Below are positions 47,540-60,110 of a stretch of DNA of 64,000 nt, piece by piece. The stretch is from the NCBI GenBank assembly GCA_040954595.2, contig CM082584.2, forward strand, positions 2,883,344-2,947,343. Direction: 5' to 3'. Every line of letters begins with the position of its first letter. Position 1 is the first letter of the stretch. Source of the DNA: Balanoglossus misakiensis. Its lineage: Eukaryota; Animalia; Hemichordata. The translations under genes were made by a program, and so were the position numbers. The notes under the pieces were generated by a model. The model was not told the DNA's origin. It did no database searches and saw only the letters and a program-made list of their open reading frames with translations.

Positions 47540-49070
47540 AATGAAACAAATAACGCAAGTGAGGTTGAACTATTAAGCTTAGAATATTTATTTCCAGGTA
47601 ATTGTCATATGTAAATGGCTTCAGTGTGATATTTTTGCATCCTGCATCGTATCATGGACAGTCATCTCAACATTTAACTGTTATGTCATAATAAAAGTCA
47701 GGATGAAAATTACTGTTAGGGACATTTTTAAAGAAAAATGCATGTATGATCATGGCTAACCTTCTTAAAAATAATGTTGATGTGAGACTTCCAGGATAAT
47801 GATGAGTCAAGAGTAACTCCACGATAAACAGCAGATGAAACATTATGTAATGGTAAATCAGAGACATATAAATTCCCCTCAGGCTTAAACTTCGCCTGGG
47901 CTGTTTTGAAAATAACATAGTTTGTTTTGTCAATATTAATAGTAAGTTTATATGACTTACACCAGGTCTGTACTTTAGTTAGCTAAACATTCAGAGTGGC
48001 AAGATCGATTTTGTCCTGCTTATCTGAACAAAATAAATTGGTATCATCTTCAAATAACCTGAGTTGAAAATAGTCTGAGGACCTGCAGATATCATTTATA
48101 TATACTAGAAAAAGAAGTGGACCTAGAATTGATCCCTGTGGAATCCCACAGGAGATCCTTTTCACTTTTGAAGTATAATTATTGACCTTGACATACTGTT
48201 GTCGGTCTTCTATATAAGTCTTAAACCAATTAAGTGTGGATCCCCTAATCCCATAGTGGCATAGCTTAGCTAACAAAATTGTGTGGTTAATCGTATCAAA
48301 TGCCTTTTAAAAATCAATGAAGATACCGTTATCAATGTGCTTTTTCAGTTATCTGCTAAAGCTAACTTGGTACTAAATTTCTTACGAAATCCATATTGGC
48401 TGTTAGTGGGAATATCAAACTTTTCAAAAAAAGAACACAGTTGCTTATTTACAATAGACTCGTACAGCTTACTAAAGATTGGCAAGACAGAGATAGGTCT
48501 GTAATTTCCTATTTCATGAACACAACCCTTTTTAAAAATTGGTGTTACTCTTGCCATTTTCAGTTTCTCTGGGAAAATACCCTGTGACAAGGAAATATTA
48601 ACAATATGAGCAAATGGTTCTGTAATATAATCAGCTGATTCCTTTACAAGTTTTGGATAAATATCATCAAAACCAGCAGCTTTACAATGATCTAATACAT
48701 TAATTTCTCTGAGTATATCACCAGAATGCACAGGATGGAAAAAGAAAGAATGAAAATGACGAATACCAAGGCAATCATTGAAATTAGCGCTACAATGTGT
48801 TTGTGATGCTAGATAGCGCTACAATGTATTTGTGATGCTAGATTTTGTCCAATGTTGACAAAAAAAGAATTAAAGGCGTCAGCTATATCAATATTTTTAG
48901 TAACAAAATTCCCGGGGTGTTTGTCATCTTTTATTTTTTGTGGAGCATAAACCTTTGAATTTTTGTTCAAGATTTCATTGATGACTTGCCATTTTTTGTG
49001 GTCCTTCCCAGAGGCTACAGACAGTTGCAATTTATCACAAAAATACTTCTTTGTGTGGTTGAACTATAAG
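47540..49070 (-). pseudogene. Degenerate CR1/L2-group LINE RT fragment
   Basis: NYRPISVLP, QYGFR, GIPQGSILGPLLFLVYINDI, LFEDDTN in broken frames. Limits approximate. Confidence 0.85.
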
Positions 49071-49099
49071 GCTAAGAAAATTTATCTCCAAGTACATGT

Positions 49100-49367
49100 G
49101 TATATGTAGTGAATGAATGCTCAACCACAGACAACTTCCATCCCGCTTGTAGATACGAGAGTGAAAAATCACGCCAATATAAATAATTGGTCTCTACCAT
49201 CAATTCATGTTGGGCGAGGTTCTTCTCTCTTATCATACAAGCAGGATGGAAGTTGTGTGTGATTGAACGTCCAGTCACTACATATTCACATGTACATTAA
49301 CATAAACGGTATCTTGTATCAAACATAATTGATGGAAAAGGGCAGCAAGAGAGAGGACTTTGTCCCT
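49100..49367 (-). mobile_element. Kolobok-like MITE fragment
   Basis: TTAA|AGGGACAAAGTC terminus; homologous to 57386-57556. Confidence 0.55.
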
Positions 49368-49954
49368 TTAAGATTACATATCAACGGAAAATGGTCAGAT
49401 CCAAACACTGTTGGGATTTCAAACCGAGTGATATACAGAAACAATCTTGTTGAAATACAACAATAATTCACTGTACTTCTACCTCTGTTTGCTATACAAG
49501 TACAGTTACCATCCTCGTCTCCGGGAACTCTCCCATTTAAACAAAATGAACAGAAAGTGTACAACACAATGATATCAAACTTAGACCGAATTTTTTTAGT
49601 TTTATCTTTTGACTGTCGTGGGATTGTATAGTGAGACTTTCCCTCTCTGAGACCTCTCGCCGCAGCAGAAGTAATTTTGCATGTATGCCTTAGGTGGGAT
49701 ATTGTGGTATAGGATAACGTTACATCGTACCTGAATTCGATACAATGTGCTGATGGCGTAAACATGCTACGAAACTCGATGCTGTATTCTTCTGTGCGGC
49801 ACGCGAATTCTATCAGCCATCTGGTGCGTGCACAGAACAACTCACATTCGCGTTTGGTATCTTCACTAACAACCATCCACTCCCTTGCAATTGCCATGAG
49901 ATTTGCTCGACATTTCCGCAGTTTACACGTCTCCCAAGATATATCTAATGCCAA

Positions 49955-50318
49955 CATCAATAAAAGACTTGGACACACCCCTTTGTCTATATATGGGAAT
50001 ATACAAATTAGAAGTATTGTATTCCTTTAAATTCAGTACTACATTCTTGGTTTCCGACGATTAAACAAGCATGCTTCTTCCAAAATATATCTAATAAAAA
50101 CATCAATAAAAGACTTGGACACACCCCTTTGTCTATATATGGGAAGATTCAAATTAGAAGTATTGTATTCCTTTAAATTCAGTACTACATTCTTGGTTTC
50201 CGACGATTAGACAAGCATGCTTCTTCCAAAATTTATCTAAAATAAAACACCAATAAAAGACTTAGACACACCTTGTTTACCATATATGGGATTATTTAAA
50301 TTAGGGGTTGATTATTCT
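49955..50318. repeat. ~146-bp tandem repeat, 2.5 copies
   Basis: CA(T/C)CAATAAAAGACTT(G/A)GACACACC at 49955, 50101 and ~50248. Confidence 0.8.
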
Positions 50319-50570
50319 TTTACCCCTTTCACCACTATGGTCCAGTCCAAACCAGTTGTTTTCCATGGGAAGGTTGGACATCTATAGAGGGTTCTGGGCT
50401 TGAAAGGGTTAAATTCAACACATGTAGTACTCTAGAGGCAATTGTACATAAAGTCGATCGAAAAAACATGACGCCTATTGTATGATGGAATAATCTTGTG
50501 CGCACATGAGAGAAGCGGTTTTAAAGGCGTGGATATACCACGTCACACACGTCACTATATTCGCTCAACA

Positions 50571-53500
50571 ATGGGACAACTACATCGATGGCTGTGCTAC
50601 TTTAGTATTGTATCCATGGTAATTTTCTCACATACCGAGGTGACAGTGAACGGTATTGTAGACCATTTTCATGTGTTCAACTTCAATGTATTCATTATTG
50701 TAATCTCAGTATTAGAGTAGCAGTGTTTTACAACTTCATTATCTTGCCATAGACACGTCGTTTCGAGGAAAGTGACAATGATCACAAATCATAACAGTTT
50801 TGAATTCTGTTATTAAATGTCAGAATATACGTTCAATCTATGTACCATCAGTTGCCAACACTATAAATACTTGAAGTTAATGTAGACAATACACGTTTTT
50901 AAAGTAACGTGCACATTCTAGTTCAGATTTAGAACTGTACTGCCAACACAAGATCTTAATCATGTTTGTAAATGTCATGTGTTTCAGCCCAAGAGCTTAT
51001 ATCCCTGATCGAAAATGAGTTGAAACTTTCCAACTATGAAACAACGTGGCTGGAAGCAAAAAGAGCATGTGAGCAGGACAGTGGGCATCTGTTGAGGTTT
51101 TACGACCAAGAGACCATGAATATAGTTGTCAGCTTTATAGCGTTATTGGTTTGGCGAGGTGATGTCCTACCACATTCCGGTAAAGAGTAATAGAGTACCC
51201 AACTTTGTCATTATTGCTTGTTCATACGAACGATGTCTTCTCACTCAGAAGTAAAATTGTTGTAATAATCAACATGACTTTTAGAGTAAACAAATCTACA
51301 TGTATTACTCAACGTTCAACATGCTTTTCCTATTTGCAATGATTTACAGAATTCGTTTGGATCGACGCCAATGATAGAGAGACTAATGGTCACTTCGTTC
51401 ACTCAGACTGTTCGAGTATAGATAGAAGTATCGCAGTAATGGATTTGGTGTTTGGAACAGACACCAATTACGGTGCACATTGTGGTGTAATATGGTAATG
51501 TTGTTTTAATTTTAAAGGGGTCTGACCTGACCTGCGTGTTGTGCGATTTATATTTGCAACGAGATCTCTATTGGCGAGGCCTTTGATGTAGAACGGCTAA
51601 TATGACAGAACCCCACGACCAGATGGATCAAGCGCGGTATTTGAACGAGTGCTGGTGATGTATTCTGTTGCAGCACGATCTCGCCATCGGGTTCTGTTAT
51701 TATTACATATGATACTCCCATTTTAGACGAAAACATCGAAAACACCATAAGAACACCATCCGAAAATTAAAGAAACGAGATCAGGCAACGATATTGGTTG
51801 TTTCGTGGACAGGTCACACTACGATGATATCACAATTTTTTATAGGCTAGTTACACCACACTCCCATCTTTCATTGGACAATGTTGTTTACTAGTCATAC
51901 GACTAGTGGCACCCAGAAATGTATACATCGTCATGCCAGAGGAACATACATTATATAACGACATAACAAGATAATTGAAAAGATTCCTACAACACAACCT
52001 GAAAAACCTGTCCTAAATATCAGCAAGTAACCTAGCACAATGACTGCGACTTTCACAGATGTCGGCATCAGTATGTCGCAAACAGGTTACTGCAAGTGTC
52101 AGATGAAGAAACGGGGTGTAAACGTAAACGGCAGCACATATGTAATATTATATTATAGCTTTATCAATACCAGTGAATTTTGAGACGTCATAGCTATACA
52201 TTATTACTTATAATGTATGGTGTTATTCGATGGACGCGCGACGCGCCCAAGAACCAGTGGACGTGTACAATTTCCGACTGAATAACGGAGGATTTCGAAC
52301 AATGCGAACATTTTAAGGGGTAAAAAAAGAAATGCAAACATAAACAGAATAAATACGGCGATATTTATTAATTTCCAAACCCGACCTCGAACGGCGATTT
52401 GTTTATTTCTTTCTTCCTACTGCGTCGGTACATGTCGTCTGCTCTTGAATCACGCGCAGTCAACATGGCTCGCTCACGCACGTAAAGCGAACCTCTCGAT
52501 GATGCTGGATTTGACATTCGTTCACCATACATACCGTGTACCATGTACCAAGCAGTCATGTCAACGAAGCTATACGTAAAAAAATTACGCCGCAAGTGTC
52601 ACTGTCATGTTGTCTACGTGGTACGGAAGGTCGATCGAGGGCGAGTTTGTTTATGTATTGCAACCTTCGGAGCGCCCGTATACGTGAACTTTCCCGAGAA
52701 CGCAAACGAATTTTGACTTGTTGCGGATTTAATTTTGAAATTCAGGAAAACGGAATTTGAAAACAGGTAAAAAGCAACATGCTTTACTAAAAAACGGTTA
52801 TCCATTCCACTTTTTGTTGCATCCACTATAAACTAAACCTATCACAAGCAAGAAGTCATAGTTGTTCGGCCTGACATCAATTCTATTTTTTACGTCAATA
52901 AAGGTTTTCTGTATAGAGTATTGTGGATAGATAGTATGCATTTGCATACAGAGGATAAATGGACGCACTATGATGGGACACCACTGACTTACTTACCATG
53001 GGCGGACCACCAGCCATACGGTAGCCTTTGGAGAACTTGTATTCGAGCGGATTTGTAATTATTTATTTGTCTTCACCAAACCATGTTTCCCTAGCAGAAT
53101 ATTGGTGAATGTAACACCATCACAATTAGACACTCTAACGCAATGTATCCACAGTAAAAAGTTTCGTGTGGATAAGGTTTACTGCTATGTTAACTAGAAA
53201 ATGTACAGTGACTGCGCGTCCGTGATCTGTTGTCTCCATCTATAAGTAGAGCACATATGTGCATCAAGTTGAGTAAGGATGTGTAGCTTAGGCCGACGAT
53301 TATCTTATGCGCATGTGCGTACTTTCGTATGTACAAACAATACGTCCAACCCAAATGTTCTGCAAAGTTTGCCTTTGGCACATTCAAATAGTTGGCTGCA
53401 TCCGCATCCTTTCTTATTGCATGGGCGCCGAATATGAGACTTTAGATTTGTCCCTTCGTTTAATCCAATTTGTTGTCTGTTCCTGATCTCCAACACAGAC

Positions 53501-55543
53501 TAGTCTCCGCCATCTTGTCTGTTGTTAGAACAGCATACTGCCCGAGTCTCTAGTTTGGCTCATGCGCATAAGGCGTTCGTCGCCCTTTAATGAAGCCTGA
53601 GGAATGTGACACAATTCAGATTCAGCTGATAACATGTTTTAATGGTTTTTCCTGATAATCGTATTGAACAGAATTAGTAACGATTTTTTATTGTAATTTT
53701 TTAGAGCCACAAAATTGTACATTTTGGATGATTGTCTACTTTATCGAAGATTTGTCTGTCGATATGGTATGGTATATGTTAAACTTTATCAAATCTTTCA
53801 ACAGTACACCAGAGACTCCCATGCAAATTGGTTAAGCAATACTGTTTGTATGAAGTAAAGACGAATGGCGACCTTTTAGGATTTTGGTCGGGTTTCTCAT
53901 GTGTGCAGTTTCATTGTATTGCAAAGTTGTGGCGTAATAATTATACCATGTTTGTTAATATGTTGAACTCTAAATAGATGTAACTTGAGTCACGAACGGT
54001 TGCGACTTGCAAGTACTGAAATGTCGCCATCTCAGAAAAGAACTGCATCGCCACTTCTTGTATTGGTTCTCTCTTGCGTGTCTAATAAAACCTTCGTCGC
54101 GAGAACGTTACATTATCCACATTACCGGCAGACAAAATAAGTGTAAACGTCCTCCAAAAATAAATGGGAAACCCGTTTTACTAAGAGGTGTATCTGATCT
54201 GCACCATCGATTTATTGCAGTTTGAATGAATGATGTTACCAGAAATTGCAATATTCAGCGTGGCAGTTTCTTGTCAGATATGGACCTAACATACTTCAAT
54301 GAATCACTAATACAAGCCGAAGTGAACATGGCGCCCTTTTGTGACCCAACGCTTCTTTGAATACCACTTATTCTAAACCAGTTATATCTTGTGGGTTTTA
54401 CATTACAGGTGAACCAGTGTCGAATACACCTGGGTATACAGACCATGTTAGCTCTGATGTTACTGACACCAGTTATTCAAAAATGTCAACAGATGTCACA
54501 GAAGATACTGGCGCTGATGCTAAATCTGAAACTAGAATGACTGAAACAGAATCCTCGTTAGAGTTAACCGTAATGCAGCGATACGAAACGACAGATAACG
54601 AAGTTCTGACAGACATCCCTGATTACAAGGGCACTGAGAGCGTGTCTGGTTTCATCTTGAAGAAAAACCCTACTATAACGGCTACAACTGTAGTGCATGG
54701 GGGATTTTGGCGCTATATAAACTTTGTTGATTGATTGATGGGACTGAACCAGACGTTGAGGGAGCCCACACTGATTCTGTCTCCACATCAACAGATACAA
54801 TCGACGCCAGCATCTTCTCTCCTCATACTGCATGTAAAGGTCCACTGTGCCAACATTTCCCAAGCATTAGTGTTGTCGATGGCGATTCGAAAGTGCCCCG
54901 CTGTAAGTATAGGCCCACTGTGCTTCACAATCACAATTGTAGAAACAAAACACAATCAAATAATATAAAATGAGACTGGGCGGCCTTAATATTTTTGAAA
55001 CACCTGCATGATATCACTTCTTTATTTTGCCAGAGGTCCGTGCATCTTTCTTTCACGGTTTTGTCTTCTGGCTGCATTTATGGTTGTCTGTGCTAGGCCA
55101 CGCTGTGCTGCTGATGTTGTGTGTGTGTGTGTGTGTGTGTGGTTTTTGATTGGCCATGTACCAGTCAATGGTAAAATATATTTGCCTAGTGATTTTATTG
55201 AATATATAGATGGTTATGCTCGCAAATATATAATACTGTATTTCATAAGTAACCTGAATGGATCCTGCCAACGTCACAAGTAACCCGAATTAATCCTGCC
55301 CACGCCTATAGGCCAAGGCCTCATATTCTTCACTTTAAGCTTTTTTGCTATCAATTTTTGTTCTTGACAGGTGACGAACTCGGTAACAATGACAACACTT
55401 TCATGGTTCTAGTCCTAGGCTTTATCGCTGCATATCTGGCTGTGCATATTGTGTTGATCCTCGGGATTTCGCGTTTTGTAAGAAACCTAGACCCTGCTCC
55501 GAAGTTGAAAAAAATGACGCATAGAATACTGTTCTGGCTTTGA
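50571..55543 (+). CDS. Spliced type I membrane protein: signal peptide, two C-type lectin domains, Ser/Thr stalk, TM; possibly a pseudogene
   Basis: Phase-compatible GT-AG exons 50571-50652, 50988-51179 (TWLEAKRAC..GHL), 51350-51494 (VWIDAND..GHF), then 52917-53054 (LWID..W..GTPLTY.PW...QP), 53705-53766 (DDC..RFVC), 54409-54902 (stalk, stop at 54732), 55371-55543 (TM). Exons between 51495 and 52916 not resolved. Confidence 0.72.
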
Positions 55544-57385
55544 AGTTTATCCGTGTTATTGATTCAATGATCGAATGCAAAATATTATTTATGATTGTTA
55601 GTTAGGTTTCTCTTACAGTAAGCGCAACACTGTCGATTTATTACATTTAATAATTAAGATTAAGCTAAATAAAAAGGTCAGCATTTAAACCGTATTGGAA
55701 TTGAATTGTAACTACATTTATTTTTGAACAAATGTGACACAGGTGTATTAATTATCGTAGGTTTCCAATGTATTGAGGACATATTCACTATGGACCTAGG
55801 TAGTTATTATGTGCATATGCGTACATTCAACTACTGGAGGATATCTTTTTGGACTAACTGTAATACCTGTGCTGTATTGTGTTGTGTTTGTCTGTACAAT
55901 GTGCCACTTAAATGTGATAATTGATTGAATATATTTGGAAAATGGATGGATATGATCGGAATTATTTGATTATAATTAGTATTATTTTAATAAACGTATA
56001 TACTTTAGTTCGCTATGACTTCAAACCTGTGTTGTTGTTGTTTTTTCCTGGAACGGAATTCGAAATACCGCCCAAGGCAGTAGTTGATGGTTGTGAGGAA
56101 ATTGCAATAGTTTTGTTTGTCCCGATCGCCATGTTCCAGTGGGGCGTACAAATTTCGGTCTGTCCTTCCTTCACATGCGGAGATGAATTTCATTCAAATC
56201 TTGCAACACAAATGTCTATAGTGCTGCATGTTTATCGTGAATGTCAGAGAACCATATGATTTGTTTACATTGCTCAAACCTGTTAAAAAGAACAATCCAT
56301 CTCTCTTTGATCCTCTTGTTATACCCAGAACTCGCTAACCGAAGTTTTCTTTATCATCTTAATCTGTGGATGGGGCACACAGATTAAGTCGTTTGCAGGT
56401 GCTTAATTGGAAATGTGATAGCTTTTATTTTGGATTAGCAAATGACAAGACAGGTGGGGAAAATGCAGATCGGAACTCCCCCATTTATAACTTTAATGTT
56501 TGCAGCCCCCCTGTCATATCATCCAGTCATATTTTCAACCCTTTGTACACGTTCGTACGCCGCACTGATTGGGAAGAAATGTGTTAACACACTATTTTTG
56601 GATCTGGTGCCTTTAATAGTGGAGTGATGGAAATTATATTGGTCAATTTCAAATAACATAACATGAAACTATATTTCCCCACCCTGGTATAAAACCCTCT
56701 TCAGGTTGGGAATGGCTTGCCACATTGCCAAATTTTCTTTCTAGGACGCAGGTGAGCAGTTGAGCACTTAGATTGATGTATGTAAATTTGGCACTAAAAT
56801 AACAACCGGTAATTCTTGAATTATTAAACCTGGATTATAATTACATTATGATACTTTTATTTTAATACCTATCTGAAATCACATTACAAGTATAATAAAT
56901 AACTTTTGCATTACAATTTACATAAACTGCCTACTTATCTCTACTATTGTGAATCAAGACAATGTCAATGACCCTAATACACACTTCACACTACTACACA
57001 TTTTATACTGCTTCAGGGATCCTCTGCTATCTGACATTCAACAGGCTTCTAGTCTAAAAAAATTAAATTCAACCAATAGAATTTGAGCTTTCTTTTTACA
57101 GCACACTCATTATCATACCAATGGCCATCTGTGCGTCCACATTGATTAGGTATTCTAGGCGGTCCAAACATATTACAGTCTTCTCTCCCCCCCCCGCCTC
57201 TTCCAGCTCAGTTGTAAGATTATCGACTGTGTACATTTAAATTAACCAATGATAAAACATGTCCACTTTTGTCTCTGCCATACACTGTTGAGGAGAAATT
57301 TTTGAAAGCTGATCGTTATTTTTGCCTGCACCTGTACTTTCAAACATTCTTGACTCGGACAGGACATACGGCTGTACAACATTAA

Positions 57386-57556
57386 AGGGACAAAGTCTCT
57401 CTCTCGCTGCCCTTTTCTATTAATTATGTTTGATACAAGACATGGATTATGTTATTCTACATGTGGACATATAGTGAATCAACATTCGACCACACACAAC
57501 TTCCATCCCACTTGTAGACACCAGAGTGAAAAATCTTGCCAAAATGAATAATTGGT
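57386..57556 (+). mobile_element. Kolobok-like MITE fragment
   Basis: TTAA|AGGGACAAAGTC; homologous to 49100-49367. Confidence 0.55.
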
Positions 57557-58514
57557 GTTAATTTTTTTTTTCGGCCAGATTTTTACTCTCATGTAAACAA
57601 ACATGATGGAAATTGTTTACAGTTAATTAATGGTGACGTCAAAACATAGAGGGCGTCCATGGTAACTATACACTGTTTCCAATATTTATTGTTGGCTGGT
57701 TTTACTGTCAATCATGACAAAGTGCTCCTCAAAAAGCCTCAAGAACTGCCACTGTTTGCATTATGTTCATTACTTTATTATCCTACTTTAAATAGATTGG
57801 TACATACTATAAGGCATACATGAACATCTCATCGACGCACAATTATGGCTGTATTTTGCAAATTATTCACATTATATATTTAATGTGTGCCGCACCCATT
57901 TCATCAGCCTCCATACGAACAGTACACTGCAGCTAACGTGGTAAGTGCCTCCAATAGAAGACAAACTGATGCAAATACAAGTTATATGACTTAATGCTGG
58001 GGATTTTAAATGATATTTGAAGTATTTTATTGTGGAAAAAATGGGAGAAATTTGACAGCTCTGGAGGCTTCAAACGATGTGTATATAGGAAATGTTCATC
58101 ATTATCGGGAACTGAATTATATTAAAATGAAAATGCTTATTGTGGATTTTCTAGCTGAGCAATTTTAAACTTAGAATTAAGACCAGTTATACTTAAAACC
58201 CATCTTTTTATGAAAGCATATATACACTACTTCTTTTACACTTTGTACAACTTTTATATACCTTTTTAGCGTTTTTATGTCGAATTTTTAGCTTGTATTT
58301 TCAGTGTACTTTTCATCATGTAGTAAAGCGCATTGAGATTTTAGTCCATTATGTTAAGCGCTATATAAGAAATAATAATTATTATTATTTTCATTATTTA
58401 GTAAACACAACAGAAACATAATTAACTCAGGATTTGTTTTTCCTGCTTTTGTTAAATACTTCACAGAGAGCAATATTATGTAGGCGTTTTTATTAATGAT
58501 GTAATCGACTGGGG

Positions 58515-60110
58515 TGAAATTTCCGACTTTTCGAGTACACATCGTGATGGCGAAGGGTTCAGGAAGGCTAACCTTTTACCTGAAGGTGTCAACTGATGTT
58601 GGTTCGAGACCACTTTTTTCTATTTTTTTTTTTTTGAGAACTTTTAACGACATTACCATTGTAATTTTTATCACTTTCATAAATCCAATTCATTTCAATA
58701 TCTACGTTGCGTGTTTTATCTGTCGGGTATAAGAAACATGCAGGGAAACTTGGTCATTTTTTTTGTCGCGGTTCACTTGGGCATGTCTGAATACGGAGTG
58801 CTCAGCAGAGAGAAAGATAAACTAGCTAAAACCGTGTCTTTCCGTCCGCATGACCAACTAAGGAGCGAAAACGTCGTTATTTAGGCCGTAATAAAACGTT
58901 TTTGTCCCCGAGGAGTGAATAAAGAACGGTCAGATCGTTGCGGGGTAGGGAACTCTTCTTCGCACCGCTGCGGTGCAGGGAACTCGTATTGCCCGCTGCG
59001 GTGCAAATAAGATCATTGGAGTTATGCTGCAATATAGTGCGGAAAAATTCCGACTTTTTCGAGTACACATCGTGATGGCGAAGGGTTCAGGAAGGCTAGC
59101 CTTTTACCTGAACGTGTCAACTGATGTTGGTTCGAGACCACTTTTTTTCTATTTTTTTAGAGAACTTTTAACGACATTGCCATTGTAATTTTTATCATTT
59201 TCATCAATCCAATTCATTTCAATATCTACGCTGAGTTTTTTATATGTCGGGTATAAGAAACATGCAGGGAAACTTGGTCATTTTTTGTCGCCGAGGAGTA
59301 ATTAAAGAACGGTCAGGTCGTTGTTGGAGAGGGAAATCTTATTCGCACCGCTGCGATGCAGTGAACTCTTATTTGCACCGCTGCGGTGCAGTGAACTCTT
59401 ATTTGCACCGCTGCGGTGCAAATAAGATCATTGGAGTTATGCTGCAATATAGTGCGGAAAATGTCCGACTTTTTCGAGTCCACATCGTGATGGGGAAAGG
59501 TTCAGGAAGGCTAGCCTTTTACCTGAAGGTGTCGACTGATGTTGGTTCGAGACCAATTTCTTTTTCTATTTCTTTTTTGTGAGAACTTTTAACGACATTT
59601 TCATTGTAATTTTTATCATTTTCATAAATCCAATTCATTTCAATATCTACGCTGCGTTTTTTATCTGTCTGGTATAACAAACATGCAGAGAAACTTGGCA
59701 ATTTTTGTCGCGGTTCACTTGGGCAAGTCTGAATAACGGAGTGCTCAGCAGAGAGAAAGATAAACTCGCTAAACCGTGTCTTTCCGTCCGCATGACCATC
59801 CAAGGAGCGAAAAAGTCGTTATTTAGGCCGTAATAAAACGTTTTCTGTCGCTGAGGAGTAAATAAAGAACGGTCAGATCGTTGTTGGGGAGGGAAATCTT
59901 ATTCGCACCGCTGCGGTGCAAATAAGTCCATTGGAGTTATGCTGCAATATAGTGCGGAAAATTTCCGACTTTTTCGAGTACACATCATGATGGCGAAAGG
60001 TTCAGGGAGGCTAGCCTTTTACCTGAAGTTGTCGACTGATGTTGGTTCGAGACCACTTTCTTTTTACTTATCATTTTCATAAATCCAATTCACTTCAATA
60101 TCTACGCTGC
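58515..60110 (+). repeat. Tandem array of ~415-530-bp units (4 copies) with a tRNA-like core and an internal 30-bp minisatellite
   Basis: GGTTCGAGACC at 58601, 59129, 59544, 60044; GAACTCTTATTTGCACCGCTGCGGTGCA subrepeat in variable copy number. Confidence 0.85.

Noticed and set aside
49319-49978. 219-aa minus-strand ORF
   Set aside because: No recognisable motif; it runs into a MITE end and a tandem repeat.
50323-50408. Tiny piggyBac-like MITE (CCCTTTCA...TGAAAGGG TTAA)
   Set aside because: Left TTAA is imperfect and there is only one copy in the window.
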